In this document: positions 8,018-15,391 of the stretch, piece by piece
Layout: each line of letters starts with the position of its first letter
Numbering within the stretch: position 1 is the stretch's first letter
Assembly (NCBI GenBank): GCA_041640455.1
Contig: JBEQAF010000053.1
Coordinates: 1 to 15,391 of the forward strand
Direction of reading: 5' to 3'
Length of the DNA: 15,391 nucleotides
Origin: a bacterium
GTDB lineage: Bacteria; CALINM01
Made by a program: the position numbers and the translations under genes
The notes under the pieces: model-generated
What the model was told of the DNA's origin: nothing
The model's input: only the letters and a program-made list of their open reading frames with translations
The model's database searches: none

Positions 8018-8109
8018 AAAATATTTACTCTTGACAATTAGCAAAAAATTATTAAAAATTGTCAATTAGTTTTTTTAAATATAAATAAAGATTAATTTTG
8101 GGGGTTTTT

Positions 8110-9714
8110 ATGGAAGAAGAGAGAAAAGAACAGGAAAAAGATGAACTAAAAGAGGAAGTAAAAGTAGAAAAGAAAAAATGGTATTGCTTTTCCAGAAAAA
8201 CAATAATAATAGCTATCATAATCGCTATCCCCCTGCTCTATTTCGGTGGTGGAGCTTTTTTGCATGCCACTTCAAAGCCAGGTTTCTGCCTTTCCTGTCA
8301 CGAGATGGGCTCAGCTTGTGGTACATGGAATAAATCCAAACATGCCCAGAAAGGTGTTGAGTGTCTGGACTGTCATGTAAAGCCAGGAAAGATTAATTAT
8401 CTTATTGCCAAGATAATGGCTGTTAAACACGGTGCCTATCATCTACTGGTAAGAGATCCTGAAAAGATGAAAAAGCTTATCAGAGAATCAGCAAAAGCCC
8501 CCTGGGAATCCTGCTATAGCTGTCATAAAGATATAAGAAGCAAGACTATGATTCATGGGCTAAAGATAAAGCATCATAATGATGAACTTACGGAAAAGTA
8601 CTGCACAGAATGTCACTGGAAGGTTGCCCATGCTGATACTGGAGAGAAGAGCCATCCTGAAAGAAAAGGTTGCTTTGACTGTCACAATGATGTTAAGGCT
8701 CCGAGAAGCAAATGCGATGTGTGCCATCCCTATCAGGGCGAAAACTATTATTCAAGTTTTAAGGGGAAGATGGGAATTCTTTGCGTGGACTGTCATATAC
8801 CCTTTGTAGATTTTAGAGCAAGCAATAAGTCCTGCGTAAGATGCCATAACAATAAGGAAAGATTTAAAGAGGTTATGAAAAAATGGCAGGATGAGATATG
8901 TTCTTATGCAAGAAGAGCAACGGACGTTATTACAAAAGCAGAGAAGATTATTCAGAAAGGTAAGCAGGAAGACAAACAGAAATTTGAAGAGCTATCAAAG
9001 CTTTATGAACAGCTAAAATACGATGGTTCAAAGGGCGTTCATAATTATGAGAAGATATCAACTCAGTATGCAAAACTCATTAATGGTCTGGAAAGTATAA
9101 TATTATCTCTTGATAAAACATATAAGCCTTCTCCCATAAAGCTGGAAGAGGTATCCTGCGTCAGAAACTGTCACAAAGACATAGACCAGCTTAAGGTGCC
9201 CCACCATACCGTAAACTATAACCATTATGTGCATCTGAAGAAGGCAAAGATGGGCTGTCTGGACTGCCATAGCGGATTTGATGACCATGGCAAAACATTA
9301 ATAGAAGATTGTGTATCTTGCCATCACTGGGACGTAAAAGAAGACAGGTGTCAGAAATGCCATGTTGAGGTAAGAGATCTGTATTATGGAACTGTTATAA
9401 ACCCAAAAAATCCCATGCCCAGCTTTAAGGCTAAAGCTGAGATTAAGTGTATTGATTGTCACAAAATAATGCAGGGTAGACCTCAGAAGGGGATTATTGT
9501 AAAGTCTCAATGTCTTAACTGTCATGATGAAAAGGTAGCATCAAGTCTGGAGGAGTGGCTGAACAAAGAGGCAGAATTGGTAAAAAAGATCAATAGTCTT
9601 ATGCAGAAAGCTGATAAGGATACAAAAGCCAGACTAAAACATTTAAAAGAGGGGAAACCGTTGCATAACTTTGAGCTAATAGAGGATTATCTTAAAAAGC
9701 TGGAGAAGAAGTAA
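8110..9714 (+). CDS. Membrane-anchored multiheme c-type cytochrome with NapC/NirT/NrfH-like N-terminus; 13 CxxCH + 1 CxxxCH
   Basis: One TM helix (TIIIAIIIAIPLLYFGGGAF) followed by TSKPGFCLSCHEM (NapC/NrfH CxxCHxM). Heme motifs in order: CLSCH, CLDCH, CYSCH, CTECH, CFDCH, CDVCH, CVDCH, CVRCH, CVRNCH, CLDCH, CVSCH, CQKCH, CIDCH, CLNCH. ATG 8110 is preferred over TTG 8098 because GGGGG at 8100-8104 is placed as an RBS for it. Confidence 0.9.
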   Translation: MEEERKEQEKDELKEEVKVEKKKWYCFSRKTIIIAIIIAIPLLYFGGGAFLHATSKPGFCLSCHEMGSACGTWNKSKHAQKGVECLDCHVKPGKINYLIAKIMAVKHGAYHLLVRDPEKMKKLIRESAKAPWESCYSCHKDIRSKTMIHGLKIKHHNDELTEKYCTECHWKVAHADTGEKSHPERKGCFDCHNDVKAPRSKCDVCHPYQGENYYSSFKGKMGILCVDCHIPFVDFRASNKSCVRCHNNKERFKEVMKKWQDEICSYARRATDVITKAEKIIQKGKQEDKQKFEELSKLYEQLKYDGSKGVHNYEKISTQYAKLINGLESIILSLDKTYKPSPIKLEEVSCVRNCHKDIDQLKVPHHTVNYNHYVHLKKAKMGCLDCHSGFDDHGKTLIEDCVSCHHWDVKEDRCQKCHVEVRDLYYGTVINPKNPMPSFKAKAEIKCIDCHKIMQGRPQKGIIVKSQCLNCHDEKVASSLEEWLNKEAELVKKINSLMQKADKDTKARLKHLKEGKPLHNFELIEDYLKKLEKK

Positions 9715-9752
9715 ATTAGCAAAATATAATTAATAAAAAATAATTGAAATTT

Positions 9753-9796
9753 AAAAAAAATGGGCAGGGTCAATCTTGACTTTGCCCTTTTTTTTT
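9753..9796 (+). terminator. Intrinsic terminator-like hairpin (potentially bidirectional) after the large cytochrome gene
   Basis: A8-T-GGGCAGGGTCA-ATCT-TGACTTTGCCC-T9, giving an 11-bp stem with two G:U pairs, a 9-T tail and an A-tract on the 5' side. Confidence 0.75.
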
Positions 9797-9805
9797 AAAT
9801 ATAAT
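9776..9805 (+). promoter_or_regulatory. Putative sigma70 promoter (TTGACT-N18-TATAAT) for the tetraheme/FeS/NrfD operon
   Basis: TTGACT at 9776-9781, 18-nt spacer, perfect TATAAT at 9800-9805. RBS AGGGGG at 9825-9830. Confidence 0.6.
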
Positions 9806-9835
9806 ACAAAGGATTTTTAAGAACAGGGGGATTAA

Positions 9836-10342
9836 ATGAAAAAAATCCTATTATTAATTACCATAATGATAATGCTAAGCTCATGGGCTCATGCAACCAA
9901 AGAAAAGCTTTTTCCAGTTCCTTATCCACCCTTTTCAAATAAGGATATATTTCCCTGTATGAACTGCCATGAAGGGCTTGACAGAAACAAAAAAGTTCGC
10001 CAGCTAAAGGAGATGCATCAGGATATTAAGATTGAACATCATGGAGATCGCTGGTGCTATGATTGCCATGATGAAAGAAATATGGACAGGTTGAGGCTTG
10101 CTAACGGGGAGCAGGTTAAATTTCAAGAATCTTACAGGCTTTGCGGTCAGTGTCACGGTAACGTTTATGAACAGTGGAAAATAGGTATTCATGGTAAAAG
10201 GACAGGCTACTGGAACGGAGAAAAACAGTATCTGCTTTGCGTTCACTGCCATGATCCGCATACTCCCAGATTTAAATCTATGAAGCCCGACCCAGCTCCT
10301 ATCAGACCAGATGCCCACAAAGTAAAGAATAAAAAACATTAA
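9836..10342 (+). CDS. Periplasmic tetraheme c-type cytochrome
   Basis: Sec signal peptide MKKILLLITIMIMLSSWAHA and four CxxCH motifs (CMNCH, CYDCH, CGQCH, CVHCH). Confidence 0.9.
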   Translation: MKKILLLITIMIMLSSWAHATKEKLFPVPYPPFSNKDIFPCMNCHEGLDRNKKVRQLKEMHQDIKIEHHGDRWCYDCHDERNMDRLRLANGEQVKFQESYRLCGQCHGNVYEQWKIGIHGKRTGYWNGEKQYLLCVHCHDPHTPRFKSMKPDPAPIRPDAHKVKNKKH

Positions 10343-10360
10343 TAACAGAGGTGTTATGTT

Positions 10361-11269
10361 ATGAAGATATTGAAGGATAGTTTTATACAAAGGAGAAAAT
10401 TTTTAAAAGGTCTGATGGCAGGTGCAGCAGTGGCGCTTGCTCCGCTGACAGATTCAGAAGCTTCAAAGTTTAGCTTTGAAGAGTATTTTCAGAAGCATTT
10501 TATGGAGATGACTAAAGAAGAGAAAGAAAAGGTGCTAAAAAGACTGGCTGATGAGTATAAGCAGACTTACGGGAAAGAGTTTACTGTTAAGGCAACAGAG
10601 GCTATTCCTGATGTATCATTTGGCTATGCTTTGAACCTATCAAAATGTATAGGCTGTAGAAAGTGTGTCACAGCCTGTGTTAAGGAAAATAATTTATCAA
10701 GAAGACCTCAGATTCAGTATATAAGGGTTCTGAGACTCCCAAAAGGAAGTATGGATCTTGAGAAATCTGAACATTACTATGAAGCTGATCTGGTTCCCGA
10801 ACCTAATTACTACTATATGCCAGTTCAATGTCAGCAGTGCAGAAAGGCGCCTTGTGTTAAAGTATGTCCCATCAAGGCAACCTGGCATGAAAAAGACGGA
10901 TTGGTGGTGATTGATTACAACTGGTGCATTGGTTGCAAATATTGCATGAGTGCCTGTCCCTATTTTGGAAGAAGGTTTAACAGAGGTGTTACCCAAATAC
11001 CTAAGGATGAGATTAATACAAATGTTCACTATCTTGGGAATAGACCAAGACCGAGAAACGTAGTGGAAAAATGTACCTTTTGCATCCAGAGATCGAGAGA
11101 AGGAAAATATCCTGCCTGTGTTGAAGCATGTCCTGTGGGCGCAAGAAAATTTGGCAATCTGCTTGATCCTAATAGCGAGATAAGACAGATAATTGATAAA
11201 ATGAGAGTATTCAGATTGAAGGAAGACCTTAATAACGACGGCAGGTTCTTCTATTTCTTCCATAATTAG
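10361..11269 (+). CDS. Tat-exported 4Fe-4S ferredoxin subunit (NrfC/PsrB/DsrO family)
   Basis: Twin-arginine motif QRRKFLK. Four Cys groups: CIGCRKCVTAC, CQQCRKAPCVKVCP, CIGCKYCMSACP and KCTFC...PACVEACP. RBS GAGGTG upstream. Confidence 0.92.
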   Translation: MKILKDSFIQRRKFLKGLMAGAAVALAPLTDSEASKFSFEEYFQKHFMEMTKEEKEKVLKRLADEYKQTYGKEFTVKATEAIPDVSFGYALNLSKCIGCRKCVTACVKENNLSRRPQIQYIRVLRLPKGSMDLEKSEHYYEADLVPEPNYYYMPVQCQQCRKAPCVKVCPIKATWHEKDGLVVIDYNWCIGCKYCMSACPYFGRRFNRGVTQIPKDEINTNVHYLGNRPRPRNVVEKCTFCIQRSREGKYPACVEACPVGARKFGNLLDPNSEIRQIIDKMRVFRLKEDLNNDGRFFYFFHN

Positions 11270-11288
11270 TAATTGAGGGAGCTTAGAT

Positions 11289-12497
11289 ATGAAACTTATT
11301 AAGTTTTTAACTGGAGCCATTAAAGAGATCTTAATAGGAAGCAAGCTTTATTATGCATGGGTGGGATTACTTCTTGCGCTTATAGCCGGTATGGGTTATT
11401 TTTATTATCATGAATTTAACATGGTTCAGCCCGAAGGCAGTCTGGAACAGCACATAATATGGCCTGTTTACATTGCTAACTTTGCCTTTCTTGTGGGTGT
11501 TGCAGCTGCAGCAGTTCTGCTTGTTGTTCCTGCCTATGTTTACCACTTTCAGGCAATCAAGGAGATAGCCATTTACGGTGAAATTATGGCAGTTAGTGCC
11601 ATTGTTATGTGCTTAGGAATGATAATGGTAGATGTGGGAAGACCCGATAGGTTCTGGCATCTTCTACCCTTTCTGGGTGGTATATTAAATCTTCCAAGCT
11701 CCATGCTTGCTTGGGACGTTATAGTTCTGAATGGATATCTGATACTTAACCTTATAATATCTTTTTATCTAACTTACAAAGGCTATACAGGTGAGAAACC
11801 CAATACAAAATTTTATGTTCCGCTCATTATTTTATCCATCCCCTTTGCCATATCAATCCACACTGTAACAGCTTTTATATTTAATCCTCTTCCAGCAAGA
11901 CCTTACTGGAACTCGGCGATTCTGGCTCCAAGATTTCTTGCATCGGCTTTTTGTTCAGGACCGGCTCTGATGGTAATTATTCTTCAGATTATTAGAAAGT
12001 TTGGGGGTATAAAAGTGCAGGATACTGCGCTTTTCAAGATAGCTGAGATTATGGCATATTCAATGTTTTTTAACTTATTCCTGTTTGGTGCAGAGGTGTT
12101 CAAAGAATACTATTCTGATACCATTCATCTGGCACCCATGCAGTATCTTATGGAAGGTTTGCATGGGCATAACGCACTTGTGCCATGGATATGGACTGCT
12201 ATAGTGCTTGATATTTCGGCTTTTCTTATATTCATTACCCTGAGAAATGTAAGAAGCGTTAAACTGATGAATGTGGGCTGTGTGCTGATCTTTATAGCTG
12301 TATGGATTGAGAAGGGGCTTGGCTTTATTACACCAGGTTTTATCCCAGGCGTGTTAGGTGAGATCCACGAGTATCTACCCACATTGCCTGAGATAGTTTG
12401 CTCGCTTGGTGTTTATGCATTAGGTTTTCTCATATTTACTGTATTTGCAAAAGTTGTTATAGCTGTCGAGACAGGAAGACTTAAATACAGCGAATAA
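11289..12497 (+). CDS. NrfD/PsrC (DsrP-like) integral membrane quinone-interacting subunit
   Basis: About 10 hydrophobic segments with the motifs YIANFAFLVGVAAAAV, DVGRPDRFWH, SSMLAWD, IHTVTAF, ARPYWNS, APRFLASAF.SGPA and WIEKG. It directly follows the FeS gene. Confidence 0.92.
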   Translation: MKLIKFLTGAIKEILIGSKLYYAWVGLLLALIAGMGYFYYHEFNMVQPEGSLEQHIIWPVYIANFAFLVGVAAAAVLLVVPAYVYHFQAIKEIAIYGEIMAVSAIVMCLGMIMVDVGRPDRFWHLLPFLGGILNLPSSMLAWDVIVLNGYLILNLIISFYLTYKGYTGEKPNTKFYVPLIILSIPFAISIHTVTAFIFNPLPARPYWNSAILAPRFLASAFCSGPALMVIILQIIRKFGGIKVQDTALFKIAEIMAYSMFFNLFLFGAEVFKEYYSDTIHLAPMQYLMEGLHGHNALVPWIWTAIVLDISAFLIFITLRNVRSVKLMNVGCVLIFIAVWIEKGLGFITPGFIPGVLGEIHEYLPTLPEIVCSLGVYALGFLIFTVFAKVVIAVETGRLKYSE

Positions 12498-12510
12498 ATG
12501 TCTAAGAAAT

Positions 12511-12543
12511 AGGGGCTGGCGAGCAGTTAGCCCCTTTCTTTTT
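12511..12543 (+). terminator. Intrinsic terminator after the NrfD gene
   Basis: AGGGGCTGGC-GAGCA-GTTAGCCCCT stem-loop followed by TTCTTTTT. Confidence 0.8.
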
Positions 12544-12554
12544 AAATCCCCTTA

Positions 12555-15247
<2,693 letters not shown>

Positions 15248-15249
15248 AA

Positions 15250-15391
15250 TTGAAAAAATTCTTCCATAAACTCATTTCAACAGGTTTTTTTCTGGGCTAT
15301 ATACCATTTATGCCGGGAACTGCAGGCAGCCTCATTGGAGTTGTATTTTACTATCTTACAAGATGGATAACCTATCCGATACAAATATTTA
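15250..15391 (+). CDS. pgpA: Phosphatidylglycerophosphatase A, 5' part (runs off the window; absent from the ORF track)
   Basis: TTG start after AAGGA (15239-15243). Translates as MKKFFHKLISTGFFLGYIPFMPGTAGSLIGVVFYYLTRWITYPIQIF, which contains the PgpA N-terminal signature TGF..G..P..PGT.GSL. Confidence 0.85.
   Translation, partial: MKKFFHKLISTGFFLGYIPFMPGTAGSLIGVVFYYLTRWITYPIQIF

Noticed and set aside
9769..9780. GTCAA-TC-TTGAC as an FNR/CRP-type box
   Set aside because: The half-sites have the wrong orientation and spacing for TTGAT-N4-ATCAA. The sequence is explained by the terminator stem.
9922..9930. One-mismatch DnaA-like boxes (for example TTATCCACC here and TTATCCATA at 3477-3485) suggesting an oriC
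   Set aside because: They are isolated, intragenic and expected by chance. There is no box cluster or unwinding element.
10004..11344. Minus-strand ORFs of 128 aa (10004-10390) and 215 aa (10697-11344)
   Set aside because: They lie antisense to well-supported cytochrome and FeS genes and have no family features.
9836..12497. Naming the trio dsrJOP or nrfBCD
   Set aside because: The cytochrome has four CxxCH motifs (DsrJ is triheme, NrfB pentaheme), and there is no dsrMK or nrfA in the window. Gene symbols were withheld.

Overview
AT-rich bacterial chromosomal segment, gene-dense and mostly housekeeping. No CRISPR array, integrase or transposase was seen. Gene order: 3' end of a GH57 glycoside hydrolase, DUF1015 protein, tRNA(Val) m6A37-type methyltransferase, convergent DUF721/DciA gene, enoyl-CoA isomerase-like gene, tRNA-Arg(TCT) and tRNA-Pro(TGG), M16 zinc peptidase, polyprenyl diphosphate synthase, an anaerobic-respiration cluster, then ligA, DUF3047 and the 5' end of pgpA. 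The respiratory cluster encodes a membrane-anchored NapC/NirT-type cytochrome with 14 heme motifs, a secreted tetraheme cytochrome, a Tat-exported 4x[4Fe-4S] protein and an NrfD/PsrC membrane subunit. The most notable observations are: (1) the 14-heme protein is a NapC/NrfH-like head followed by a tandem-duplicated six-heme plus helical module, one copy of which starts with CX3CH; (2) it sits beside a cytochrome/FeS/NrfD module with no catalytic subunit, and the two are separated by a terminator hairpin that contains the -35 of a sigma70-like promoter; (3) a perfect DnaA box lies over the start codon of the putative helicase loader gene dciA; (4) three housekeeping genes look leaderless or nearly so. 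Family assignments come from motif recognition only; no database searches were run.
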